Under the pieces are notes generated by a model. That model saw only the letters and a list, made by a program, of their open reading frames with translations. It did no database searches and was not told the DNA's origin. Positions 12,418-23,341 of a stretch of DNA of 64,000 nt are shown here, piece by piece; the first letter of the stretch is position 1, and each line of letters begins with the position of its first letter. A program made the position numbers and the translations under genes. The DNA is from Azolla caroliniana (lineage: Eukaryota; Plantae; Polypodiophyta). Location of the stretch: assembly GCA_043228905.1 (NCBI GenBank), contig JBHGNT010000018.1:620001-684000 (forward strand). Direction: 5' to 3'.

Positions 12418-15400
12418 TGTTGAGAAGCAAGCTCAACATGGTATGTGATGCTTATGAGAAATAAGCTATAGTAGCTATTTAGCTACTAGTGAACAAAAAG
12501 GTAAAACAGCTATTTAGCTAGTGACAGCTAATTAGCTAGTGAACAGCTATTTAGCGACTGACAGCTAATTAGCTACTGGCAGCTAATTAGCTGCATGTGT
12601 AATAACTTATGACTTAGGTAAAAGTAAGTGAGAGTGAATAGGAAGTAAGTAGTAAGAAAAAACAGAGAATAGTGAGTAGAGAACTCTGAGAGAGTGTGAG
12701 AGACCAGAAGACTGACGAGAGCAAGTTGAGCTCTACATGTAATAGAAGAAAACCATTTTGCTACTACAGAGGTAAGTCTCCTTTCCTTTCTCTGTCTGTT
12801 TAGAGCACGCTAACGATCCAGCACACTACGATCCGCCGCACACATAAGAAGAGCCCGAGTGCCTTCTTCACGTTTTCTTAACATGGTATCAGAGCAGAGT
12901 AGCTCGTAAGGAAGAGTATAGCAGTGCCTTAATCTGAGAAAGTTATTTCTCTGGTTGCTGATCAGAAATCAGAAAGTTACTTGTTGAAGTAACTAAAGCA
13001 AAACCCTGGTTTTTGGAAGGAAAAAAAATGGTTGCAGAGAATGTAGGCCAAATGGTCACAGAGAAATTAGATAAAAACAATTTCCCGGCGTGGAAATTCA
13101 GAATGACAAACTTTCTGATGGGGAAAGGATACTGGGATTACATTGAAGGAGACCTAGAAGAGGCTCCAGAGATCCCAGAAGAGAATGCAACAGCTGCACA
13201 TATTAAGGCATTTAAAGATTGGAATCAAGGGGCAAGGAAAGTAATGCATTGGCTATCACTCAGCATCTCAGATTCAATGCTTGGGCATATACAAGATGCT
13301 ATGCTCCCAAAAGAAGCTTGGGACAACTTGGTAAAACTGTTTGCTGTGAACACAAAGGCTAGAAAGCTCCAGTTAAAGACTGAGCTAAATACCTTGGAGA
13401 AAGGTAAGATGTCAATAAATGAATATGCCCTAAAAATCAAGAGTATATGTGAATCACTTGCTTCTATCAATGTGAAGATAGAAGATGATGACAAAGTGGA
13501 AATATGCTTAAGAGGCTTAGGACCTCAATACAAGAGTTTTAAAACTTCTATGCTCACAAGGGATAGTATCCCAAGTTTTTCAGATCTGGTCTCAATGCTT
13601 GTGGTAGAGGAAAGGAATCAGATGGATGATGCAAATAAAGGAAACTCAGAGAACGAGGGGCAAGCCCTCTATAATAATGCCGGAAGAGGCCGAGGAAGAG
13701 GCCATGGAAGATTTGGCTCAGGAAGAACCAATAATAATGGCTTTCAAGGAAGAGGACAACAAGCTCATAGAGGAGGAAACAACAACAGAGGCAGGGGGAG
13801 CAACCGAGGTAGAGGTAAGCAAACTTATGTAAATGATGATGGCTGCTGGTATTGTGGTAAACCAGGCCATACACAGGCTGAATGTTACAAGAAACAAAAT
13901 GATGAGAAAAGAGGAAAAGGACAACAGAGTAACTATGCCTCTACTAGTGAAGATTGTGAAAAGGAAGGTGGTTTTGTAGTGCAACATGAGATAGCAGCAG
14001 TGGCTGAAAGCTCACAGAAATGTAATGAAGAGTTTACGTGGTATGTAGACTCGGGGGCATCTAACCATATGACTGGACATGCAAATTGGTTTGAGAGTTT
14101 AAGAGAACCAGAGGTTCCTGGTTATGTACAAACAGGTGATGACACAACTCACCAAATAAAACATGTTGGAGATATCCCATTGTGGGAAGAAAGAGGAAAA
14201 ACCAAGTATATGTTGAATGTGATGCATGTTCCAAACCTTGCTAAGAATCTGATTTCTGTTGGACAGATAGTAGAGCAAGGTATGCAAGTAAAGTTTAAGC
14301 CAAGTGGATGCTATATAGAAAAGAATGGGAAGCTCATTGCAAAAGGGAAGAGACAAGGAAGAATGTTTATCTTGGATGTAGAAATGCCCAAACAGATTTC
14401 AGCCATGTTTGCAAATGGAACGAGTGTAATCTCAGATGTGGAAATGTGGCATAAAAGGATTGGCCATATAAGTATGCAAACATTAAAGAATATGTTGAGA
14501 AAAGATGCAGTGGCTGGACTGCCAAACTTGAAAAAGTGTGAAATGGGAAAAGTATGTGAAGCATGTCAATATGGTAAGCAAAACAGGTTGCCATTCCCTC
14601 ATGAGAGACATGTAAGCAAAAATCTGTTGGATTTGGTACATACAGATGTATGGGGACCAACAAAGAATGCATCTATTGGTGGATGCAGATTTTATGTTAC
14701 ATTTATTGATGATTGTTCACGGAAGACATGGGTGTACTTCATGAAGGAGAAAAGTGAAGTATTTGACTGTTTTCGTAAGTTTAAATGCATGGTAGAAAAG
14801 CAGGCTGGTACAAGGATAAAATGTTTGAGATCTGATGGAGGAGGAGAGTATTTCTCCAATGAATTTTCTGATTTTTTGTGTAATCAGGGAATAAGAAGAC
14901 AGTTCACATGCCGATATACTCCACAGCAAAATGGAGTTGCTGAGAGGAAAAACAGAACCTTGGTGAACATAGCAAGGGCAATGATGACTGAGAAGAACAT
15001 GCCATTATACTATTGGGCAGAAGCTGTAAATACAGCAAATTACATTTTAAATAGATGTATTACATCAGGAGTACATGAGGCAACTCCTGAAGAGTGTTTT
15101 TATGGCAGGAAGCCTAGCTTACAACACTTGAAAGTGTTTGGATGCCTTGCATATGTACATGTGCCTGCAGAAGTAAGAAGTAAGTTGGATCCAAAGGCAG
15201 AAAAATGTATCTTTGTTGGATATTCAGAAGAACAAAAAGGGTACAGATGTTATAACCCTGTGACTAAAAAGATTGTGACAAGTCGAGATGTGATATTTGA
15301 TGAGTTGGCTAGTTGGTACAGCCCAAAACAGAATCTAGAGACTGATGAAGACTGTCAAAATGAAGACAAAGACAGATCAGAAAATGTAGAAGACTGTCAC

Positions 15401-17845
15401 AGAGATGGAGACAAGGTTGGACAGCAAAGTCCAACATCAACAGAATGTTCTGGACCATCAAAAAGCTCAGATGGTAAATCTGATTCAAATTCATGGAGTG
15501 GAAAAACTGGACAGAAAAAATCAGATGACAAAAAAGGAAAACAGAAAATGCCAGAGTATGAAATCCCGGATGACCTATCAAAAAACATGGAAGATGAAGA
15601 TTCAGATATGTCTTTGGATGATTTCCTTGGAATACAGGAAATGAAAATCCCTGGTATGGAAAAGGCAATAAAGAATGCAAATCAGAAACTGAGAAGATCA
15701 GATAGAGAGAAAAAGACTGTGGAAAGATTTGGGTATGATACATATATGGCTATGCACTATGCATATATGTCTAAGGTGGTACAGATCCCTGACCCAAACA
15801 GCTTTGAAGAAGCAAAATCTGAGAAGAAATGGATGGATGCAATGCAAGAAGAGATTGATGCATTGGCTGAGAACAAAACGTGGGATTTAGTGAAGTTACC
15901 AAAAGAGAAAAATGTGGTAGGCTGCAAATGGGTCTACAAGACAAAGCATGACTCCAATGGGAATGTAAGTAGACATAAAGCAAGATTGGTTGCAAAAGGA
16001 TATGCTCAGATGCAAGGGATTGATTATGATGAGACTTTTGCACCGGTTGCAAAGATGGCAACCTTGAGAACACTACTTGCTGTAGGAGCAGCCAGAAAAT
16101 GGATTTTGCATCACATGGATGTAAAAAATGCTTTTTTACATGGTAACTTGGAAGAAGAAGTGTATATGAGTCAACCACCAGGTTTTGAAGATAAGAAACA
16201 ACCTGATTATGTATGTAAGCTGAAAAAAGCTCTCTATGGACTGAAACAGGCACCAAGAGCATGGCACAGAGAACTTTCAGATTCTCTGAAAAATCTTGGT
16301 TTCAAAATGTCAAAAGCTGATCCTTCTTTGTATGTAAAAAGTGAAAATGATTGCATTGTTATTATTCTGATTTATGTAGATGATTTGATTATTGGAGGAG
16401 ATTCCGTGGATGAAATAAGAAAGTTGAAAAAAAATCTGGAAATGCAGTTTCATATGAAAGATTTGGGAGATCTGAGATATTTTCTTGGTATTGAAATCAT
16501 CAGATCTGAAAGTGGTATATGTATGTTGCAAAAACAGTATGCAACAACTATGTTGAAAAAGTATGGTATGCTTGGATGCAAACCTATTGCTGTACCACTT
16601 GATAAAAACTGCAAGTTGAGGGCTGATTTGGGAGCCAAGATAGAAGATGTAAACATGTACAGGTCTATGGTGGGCAGCCTTATTTATTTGACTATAACAA
16701 GACCTGATTTGAGCTATGCTGTTGGATTAGTCAGCCAGTTTATGCAACAGCCAACAAAGCCACATTTGGACTGCATTAGAAGAATTCTGAGGTATGTAAA
16801 AGCTACTCAGAACTATGGATTGTTTTACAGGGCTGATTTGGACATAAATCTGGAAGGATATACAGATGCTGATTGGGCTGGAAGCCAAACAGACAGGAGA
16901 TCCACAAGTGGATATATCTTTACATTGGGAAGTGCAGGTATTTCATGGAGTAGCAAGAAACAGGCTACTGTTGCATTGTCTAGTACTGAAGCTGAGTACA
17001 GAGGAGCTGCCATAGCCACATGTGAAGAAGTATGGATCAGAAGATTGCTTGCTGATCTGGGAGTATATATAGATGGTGCTGTCACAATCTGGTGTGACAA
17101 CATGAGCAGCATTCAACTTGCAAAGAACCCTGTGTTCCATGCAAAAACAAAGCACATTGAAGTGCATTATCACTTTGTTAGAGAAAAAGTGATTGAAGGA
17201 GAAGTTGATCTGGTGTCAGCAGGTTGCTGATATTCTCACAAAGGGATTGAGTGTGGAAAAGCATACACAGTTTCGGAACATGATGGGAGTTGTAAACATT
17301 GATGAGATGGCTAAAAAGCAAAATGGAAAAGAAGATTGAAGAGAACCTCAAGCAAGAATAAGTTGAGCTTGAGGGGGAGTGTTGAGAAGCAAGCTCAACA
17401 TGGTATGTGATGCTTATGAGAAATAAGCTATAGTAGCTATTTAGCTACTAGTGAACAAAAAGGTAAAACAGCTATTTAGCTAGTGACAGCTAATTAGCTA
17501 GTGAACAGCTATTTAGCGACTGACAGCTAATTAGCTACTGGCAGCTAATTAGCTGCATGTGTAATAACTTATGACTTAGGTAAAAGTAAGTGAGAGTGAA
17601 TAGGAAGTAAGTAGTAAGAAAAAACAGAGAATAGTGAGTAGAGAACTCTGAGAGAGTGTGAGAGACCAGAAGACTGACGAGAGCAAGTTGAGCTCTACAT
17701 GTAATAGAAGAAAACCATTTTGCTACTACAGAGGTAAGTCCCCTTTCCTTTCTCTGTCTGTTTAGAGCACGCTAACGATCCAGCACACTACGATCCGCCG
17801 CGCACATAAGAAGAGCCCGAGTGCCTTCTTCACGTTTTCTTAACA
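12418..17845 (+). mobile_element. Young full-length Copia LTR retrotransposon (LTRs 12418-12883 and 17380-17845)
   Basis: 466-bp LTRs with about 2 visible mismatches; TSD GGACG; tRNA-iMet PBS TGGTATCAGAGC 12884-12895; PPT GAGGGGGAG 17371-17379. Confidence 0.97.
13028..17230 (+). CDS. Copia Gag-Pol polyprotein (Gag, CCHC, PR, INT, RT, RNase H) with a frameshift near the C-terminus
   Basis: CWYCGKPGHTQAEC, WYVDSGAS, HTDVWGP, IYVDDL, YTDADWAG. The final QQVADILTKGL motif lies in another frame after ~17215. Confidence 0.92.
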   Translation: MVAENVGQMVTEKLDKNNFPAWKFRMTNFLMGKGYWDYIEGDLEEAPEIPEENATAAHIKAFKDWNQGARKVMHWLSLSISDSMLGHIQDAMLPKEAWDNLVKLFAVNTKARKLQLKTELNTLEKGKMSINEYALKIKSICESLASINVKIEDDDKVEICLRGLGPQYKSFKTSMLTRDSIPSFSDLVSMLVVEERNQMDDANKGNSENEGQALYNNAGRGRGRGHGRFGSGRTNNNGFQGRGQQAHRGGNNNRGRGSNRGRGKQTYVNDDGCWYCGKPGHTQAECYKKQNDEKRGKGQQSNYASTSEDCEKEGGFVVQHEIAAVAESSQKCNEEFTWYVDSGASNHMTGHANWFESLREPEVPGYVQTGDDTTHQIKHVGDIPLWEERGKTKYMLNVMHVPNLAKNLISVGQIVEQGMQVKFKPSGCYIEKNGKLIAKGKRQGRMFILDVEMPKQISAMFANGTSVISDVEMWHKRIGHISMQTLKNMLRKDAVAGLPNLKKCEMGKVCEACQYGKQNRLPFPHERHVSKNLLDLVHTDVWGPTKNASIGGCRFYVTFIDDCSRKTWVYFMKEKSEVFDCFRKFKCMVEKQAGTRIKCLRSDGGGEYFSNEFSDFLCNQGIRRQFTCRYTPQQNGVAERKNRTLVNIARAMMTEKNMPLYYWAEAVNTANYILNRCITSGVHEATPEECFYGRKPSLQHLKVFGCLAYVHVPAEVRSKLDPKAEKCIFVGYSEEQKGYRCYNPVTKKIVTSRDVIFDELASWYSPKQNLETDEDCQNEDKDRSENVEDCHRDGDKVGQQSPTSTECSGPSKSSDGKSDSNSWSGKTGQKKSDDKKGKQKMPEYEIPDDLSKNMEDEDSDMSLDDFLGIQEMKIPGMEKAIKNANQKLRRSDREKKTVERFGYDTYMAMHYAYMSKVVQIPDPNSFEEAKSEKKWMDAMQEEIDALAENKTWDLVKLPKEKNVVGCKWVYKTKHDSNGNVSRHKARLVAKGYAQMQGIDYDETFAPVAKMATLRTLLAVGAARKWILHHMDVKNAFLHGNLEEEVYMSQPPGFEDKKQPDYVCKLKKALYGLKQAPRAWHRELSDSLKNLGFKMSKADPSLYVKSENDCIVIILIYVDDLIIGGDSVDEIRKLKKNLEMQFHMKDLGDLRYFLGIEIIRSESGICMLQKQYATTMLKKYGMLGCKPIAVPLDKNCKLRADLGAKIEDVNMYRSMVGSLIYLTITRPDLSYAVGLVSQFMQQPTKPHLDCIRRILRYVKATQNYGLFYRADLDINLEGYTDADWAGSQTDRRSTSGYIFTLGSAGISWSSKKQATVALSSTEAEYRGAAIATCEEVWIRRLLADLGVYIDGAVTIWCDNMSSIQLAKNPVFHAKTKHIEVHYHFVREKVIEGEVDLVSAGC

Positions 17846-17928
17846 GGACGCAAAGGCCGAGAAATGCATCTTGGTCGGTTACTTGGACGAGCAGAAGGGT
17901 TATAAGTGCTATAACCCTCGCACCAAAC

Positions 17929-18882
17929 TGACGAGAACCCAACGTTCCTTATATCCAACACTCAGCCACAACCGAGATTCTTTTCATACACAGAAAAACA
18001 GGTAATAAAACACGACACAAAAGGAGAGGAAGATACACAGGAGGTTAACATGGAAAACCCCCGACTAGGGGAAAAAACCACGGCAGCCCACAGGCTGCAA
18101 ACTGTCACTATGTATGAATGTACAAAACAGTGAGTACACAGAGGCAACGACCTCGGACTCACGATCTTCGCCACAAGCGGCGGTTACAACAGAGGCAACG
18201 ACCTCGTCTCTCTCTCTCTCTCTCTGTACAGTTACGCACTCTCTGTTTTTCTTGCACCAACAAGAAAAATGACAACAACAACTATTAGTTTGCCCTAAGT
18301 CATATTTATACTAATATGACTTTTCAGCTATTTACAAATATAGCCTCGATGGGCTCTCAGAAACATATTTACGAATATGTCTCTTCCTCCGGTTCATACC
18401 GGGCCTGCACCATCCGGCTCTCCGTAGCCGGGTACTCCTCATCCGGTTCATACCGGGCCTGCACCATCCGGCTCTCCGTAGCCGGGTACTCCCCATCCGG
18501 TTCATACCGGGCCTGCACCATCCGGCTCTCCGTAGCCGGGTACTCCCCATCCGGTTCATACCGGGCCTGCACCATCCGGCTCTCCGTAGCCGGGTACTCC
18601 CCATCCGGTTCATACCGGGCCTGCACCATCCGGCTCTCCGTAGCCGGGTACTCCCCATCCGGTTCATACCGGGCCTGCACCATCCGGCTCTCCGTAGCCG
18701 GGTACTCCCCATCTGGTTCATACCGGGTCTGCACCATCCGGCTCTCCGTAGCCGGGTACTCCTCATCTGGTTCATACCGGGCCTGCACCATCCGGCTCTC
18801 CGTAGTCGGGGTCCTCCTCATACGGTTTGTTCATCGTCACTGATCTTCTTCCTTCCCATCCGGAGGGACCTGTTTCCCAACA
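17929..18882 (-). mobile_element. Tork-like solo LTR (954 bp) inserted in the host integrase
   Basis: TG...CA ends; TSD CAAAC (17924-17928, 18883-18887); homologous to LTR 52406-53113; host frame CYNPRTK-QARVSRDV rejoins. Confidence 0.93.
18388..18820. repeat. 54-bp tandem array, about 8 near-identical copies, in LTR U3
   Basis: Unit TCCGGTTCATACCGGGCCTGCACCATCCGGCTCTCCGTAGCCGGGTACTC(C/T)CA; 18-aa periodicity in the overlapping ORFs. Confidence 0.95.
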
Positions 18883-19116
18883 CAAACAAGCGCGTGTTAG
18901 CCGCGACGTTGTGTTTGACGAGTCCGCGACCTGGTACCAGCCCCCGACTCCGAACCCTGACTCCAATCCGAGTTCTGACGATGAGGTAAGCGAGGCCGAG
19001 ATGCCTCCGGATGAGCCCGAAATCGAGACCCGCGAAGAGAGTCCGATTTCACTCCGTTTAAGTGGACCGATTGGACGATAAGGAGACGGCCTACGCGCAA
19101 AGAGAAACGGAAGAAG

Positions 19117-20964
19117 GTGTCGGATTCCGACACGGATAAGAACGAGTCAGACCGACGCGAGTCCGACTCCGAGGGAACCGGTGACGGGTCTTTAAAGGTG
19201 AAGACCGCGTCGACCGAGAAGGCCTCGACATCGGCTAATGTGAGATTACGCCGATCTACCCGCCAGAAGAATCCCGTTTTGCGGTTCGGATACAACGAGT
19301 ACATGGCGCATCATTATGCGTACATGACCCGTGTAGCGGAAGTGCGTGAGCCGGAGAGCTACGCAGAAGAGGCTAAAGACGTGAATTGGCATGCCGCGAT
19401 GGAGGAAGAGATGCACGCATTGGCGGAGAACGAGACCTGGGACCTGGTTGACGCACCGAGAGGGGTAAAACCGATCGGGTGTAGGTGGGTGTACAAGGTC
19501 AAGTACAACACCGATGGCTCGGTCAACCGGTACAAGGCTCGGCTAGTGGCAAAGGGCTACGCGCAGAAACACGGCATCGACTACGATGAGACGTTTGCGC
19601 CGGTCACGAAAATGACGACCGTCCGTGTCTTGCTCGTAGTAACCGCGGCCAAGGGGTGGCACCTACATCAGATGGATGTAAAGAATGTGTTCCTGCAAGG
19701 TGACCTTGAGGAACAGGTGTACATGGTACAGCCCCCCGGATTTCACTCCGAAAAGAACTCTTCGGTAGTATGCCGACTGAAGACGTCCCTTTACGGACTG
19801 AAGCAAGCCCCGCGTGCTTGGAACGCGAAGATCACGCAACAACTGCGTCGGATGGGCTTCGTCACGTCAAAATCGGACTCTTCCCTATTCATCCAGAAAG
19901 GTCAACTCGGACTGGTTAGTATTTTACTATATGTTGATGACTTGGTCATCACCGGCGCCGACCTCGGTGAAATCGACCGCGTGAAGCTCCAGCTTGCGGC
20001 ATCGTTCGACATGAAGGATTTGGGGGACCTTCATTACTTCCTCGGGATCGAAGTGATTTGTACCCCCGAAGACATATTGATCAGCCAACGTCATTACGTG
20101 CTGAGTATGCTCTTCAAATTCGGGATGGCCGACTGTAAGTCTGTCTCGACTCCTCTGGACAGAATCGTCAAGCTTTGTCTCGATACGGGAAAGGTATGCG
20201 ACCCGACGAGGTTCCGACAAATTGTCGGAAGCCTCATATACTTGACCATCACCCGACCCGACCTCAGTTATCCGGTCGGAGTGATCAGTCAGTTCATGGC
20301 GCGACCTACCGAGGAGCACCTTCAGTGTGCGCAACACATACTTCGGTATGTCAACAGCACTAAGGACCGGGGATTGCTATATCGGACCGGTGCAGCCGCA
20401 CAGTTAGTCGGCTACACCGATGCTGATTGGGCTGGCAACGCCGCCGATCGCCGATCCACGTCCGGATACGCGTTCTCCCTCGGGAGTGCCGCGATCGCGT
20501 GGAGCAGTAAGAAGCAGCCGACAGTTGCACTGTCGAGCACCGAAGCTGAGTACCGAGGAGCGGCTGTCGCGACATGCAAAGCCATATGGTTGAAGTGGCT
20601 ACTTAAGGACTTGCAAGAGGAGGTGTCAGATCCGACGACGATCTACTGCGACAACCTCAGCAGCATCCAGCTCATGAAAAACCCTGTTTTCCACGCACGG
20701 ACCAAGCACATTGAGGTGCACTACCATTTCGTCCGTGAGCGTGTCCTTTCCGGTGAAGTCAAACTTCAGTACGTTCCGACGGATCGGCAGACTACCGACA
20801 TCTTCACTAAGCCCCTTGGTCTGGACAAGTTACGGCAATTCTCCAGTGCGTTCGGATTGCGTCACCTCGACGTGCCAAACTTGAGGGGGAGAACTCCCGA
20901 ACCACCAAGCCGACCAAGCAAAGCAGCAGGAAAGGAGTGGAGGTTGCGACACCGAGTCGGTTGA
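19117..20964 (+). CDS. Copia RT-RNase H ORF fragment
   Basis: [40 protein letters not shown]. Confidence 0.85.
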   Translation: MSDSDTDKNESDRRESDSEGTGDGSLKVKTASTEKASTSANVRLRRSTRQKNPVLRFGYNEYMAHHYAYMTRVAEVREPESYAEEAKDVNWHAAMEEEMHALAENETWDLVDAPRGVKPIGCRWVYKVKYNTDGSVNRYKARLVAKGYAQKHGIDYDETFAPVTKMTTVRVLLVVTAAKGWHLHQMDVKNVFLQGDLEEQVYMVQPPGFHSEKNSSVVCRLKTSLYGLKQAPRAWNAKITQQLRRMGFVTSKSDSSLFIQKGQLGLVSILLYVDDLVITGADLGEIDRVKLQLAASFDMKDLGDLHYFLGIEVICTPEDILISQRHYVLSMLFKFGMADCKSVSTPLDRIVKLCLDTGKVCDPTRFRQIVGSLIYLTITRPDLSYPVGVISQFMARPTEEHLQCAQHILRYVNSTKDRGLLYRTGAAAQLVGYTDADWAGNAADRRSTSGYAFSLGSAAIAWSSKKQPTVALSSTEAEYRGAAVATCKAIWLKWLLKDLQEEVSDPTTIYCDNLSSIQLMKNPVFHARTKHIEVHYHFVRERVLSGEVKLQYVPTDRQTTDIFTKPLGLDKLRQFSSAFGLRHLDVPNLRGRTPEPPSRPSKAAGKEWRLRHRVG

Positions 20965-21831
20965 CTCGGTTGTCGAGTTCAACTTCGGATCGGCTGAAGA
21001 AGCCGAGGGCAGACCCGCGGAAAAGTCTGGAAGCGGACAGAAGGGGAGCAGCCGAAGGAGAATGCCGAAGCCAACCATGCATGGGGAAGATGACGCCATC
21101 GAGGGCAAGAAGACCGAAGACGAGTTGGAGACAGCCAACTCGGACGAGAGCGAAAACCGATCGGAGGTAGCCAAGTCAATTCGGATGTTTGATTCAGATA
21201 CGCTGAATCAACCGAGGCCCAAGCGGAAGAAAAGGCAGCAGGAGAAGCGTCAACACCGCAACAGTAGAAGAGCTGATAAGGGCTGCATGAGCAGACAAGC
21301 CGACCGGAAGGGTCGAAGCGCGCGGAATCGAACAGGTCGAGGAGCGCGAGCGAGGCGTGAAGCCAGGAGGAACCGGAGGTGTGAGCCCGAGGATCCCGAA
21401 GAGCCTCGAGTTGAGCTTGAGGGGGAGTGTTGAGAGACAAGCTCAACATCGGCCGGATCAGCTGAAGAAGTCGAGGACCGGATCGGTTGGGACCGATCGG
21501 TTAGGCCGAGTGCGTAAACCGGGAGGCCGTTAGGAAAGATATTCCGTGAGGAATATATTTGGGAGTTAGTGTAGGAGCTCTTAAAGAGCATTGAAGTACG
21601 GTCAGTACTTCTGTCAGTCCTTCGAGGACTTGTATAAAAGTGTTCATGGAACACACATATGTATAGAGTGTGGTGAATAGAGTTTTTTAATATATATATT
21701 TCTTGTGTTTTCTCTCTCTCACCTTCTCTGTCTCTCCCGCGTATACTGCTTAAGCTCAAGCTCTCCATTAGACCTGAGTTTTCTTCCTTCTGTTCTGTCT
21801 TCATACTTGCTTCCGCACGCGACTTTTTACA

Positions 21832-22830
21832 AAGATGTTATGAAGACTGTGAGGACCTGGAAAGTAATGTGTCAAGCAAACAACATGGATAAGATAGAAT
21901 GAATATGCAAGAAGATAGAGGATAGGTAGACAAGGTTAAGCTCAAATGGAGGCTTTGTTATTCTCTTCTATATAAAACTCTCTCTCTGTGTAAGACCATC
22001 TATACAATGTTAGGGTTGGGCTTATATACTCAAGCCCTAACTATTGAACGTGTTCACACGAAGGATACAGAGTGGAAGGATTTGGCCTTTTATGCCAACA
22101 AACTCCCCCATAAGAGGGCTACTCTTTCTATGTATATTAATGATTGGGGTTATCTCCCTCGTAAGCCTAGATTACATTTGAATCTAAAGTTACAATTATA
22201 TGCATGCAAGGTAGTTGGCATTCGGCATTCGGCCGAGTCTGTAGAAGTAAAGTTGGAATCTTGCCTAGTTCGGCCAATCATCCAGATCATAGGTTGTCCG
22301 GGACAGTTAGATTGACTGGTTTGGATTGCCTTGTATTTGAATTGGCTTGTTCGTTCAGATTGACTAGTGTTTGATTCCAACTCTCGACCTCTAGTCAATT
22401 GTTTGCTTCCCGCTTGTGCATGCTCATGTGCTCCTTGCTGGATCCTAGATTTGTCTTGACGTTTGTTCATCCCTCGATCATTTCCTCTCCATGGTATCCT
22501 CACTCAGTGTTGCATCTTCAGCCTCTCGATTTTCTGATTCTTTGGAGTTATCCTTTTCAGCTTGTTTGATCGGATTGATCTTCAATTTACCGTCTGCTAT
22601 TGTTTGTTCGACTCTTTTCGGCTTAGTCGTTTGTTGTAGTCCCATCATGTTCCTTAGAGTTTCGAAGCAGTGTTATGGGAGTGGTTTCGTCAAGCAATCA
22701 ACGATATTCACCTCAATGTCAATCTTCCAAACTTTGAGCTTTTTCTCCATTATGAACTCCTGGATATGATGAAACCACCCCTCAATGTGTTTCGTCTTCG
22801 CGTCATAGACTGGATTTTCGAATGAGGTGT
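21832..22830 (-). mobile_element. Old degenerate Copia 3' end (RNase H remnant, PPT, 3' LTR starting at 22100)
   Basis: Minus strand reads AKTKHIEGWFHHIQE...CLTKPLP; PPT TGGGGGAGTT is followed by TGTTGGCAT at 22100. The LTR appears to finish at 28318-28356 (..ACAACA) across the inversion. Confidence 0.65.
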
Positions 22831-22952
22831 ATTGCGCTCTACAAGTTCAATAGATGGTCGCCACTGGATGGTCGATTCGTCTTGTCGCCGAGAAGTCGGT
22901 TGACAGTCGATGCAACGGAATGGCTTCCTTCACTGCCTCCGATATTGTTATG

Positions 22953-23278
22953 TGTTGAGCGGCAAGCTCAATTGGAGCCGGATCGGCTGAATAAGCCTGA
23001 GCCGGTGAGCGAGACGGATCGGTGAGCCAGTGAGCACCCGGTGAGCAAAAGAGCCGGTGAGCTAGGGAGCTGGTTAGCCGGATCCATCAATAACCAGAAG
23101 CCTAGTAGCAACTAGACTACTAGGGAGTTAATACTCTCGTAGTTAGTGTCAGACACTCGAGTGAGCATTGAAGTACACCGTACTTCTATCAGTCCGTATG
23201 GACTTGTATAAAAGTGTTCGCTGAACACATACGATGTACAGAGTGTTGATATAATTTTTGAATAGTGATTCTTGTTTT

Positions 23279-23341
<63 letters not shown>

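Larger units (their letters stand above)
11312..21831 (+). mobile_element. 3' half of a Copia element (clade B): PR end, INT, RT, RH, 3' extra region, PPT, 3' LTR 21428-21831; hosts two insertions
   Basis: NHMTSHKEWF, WHKRIGH, HSDVWGP, LRSDGG, LLYVDDL and TKHIEVHYHFVRE motifs; PPT GAGGGGGAG 21419-21427; LTR TGTTGAG...TTTACA; right flank AAGAT. Confidence 0.9.

Noticed and set aside
12712-12740. Hammerhead ribozyme in an LTR (CTGACGA-GAGC..GCTC; similar at 17928)
   Set aside because: The required GAAA after stem II is absent (TACA and CTTA instead) and there is no stem III.
18388-18820. CRISPR-like array or repetitive protein ORFs (18316-18843 and overlapping frames)
   Set aside because: No unique spacers; it is a pure 54-bp tandem repeat inside a TSD-flanked LTR. 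The ORFs are open only because the unit is a stop-free multiple of 3.
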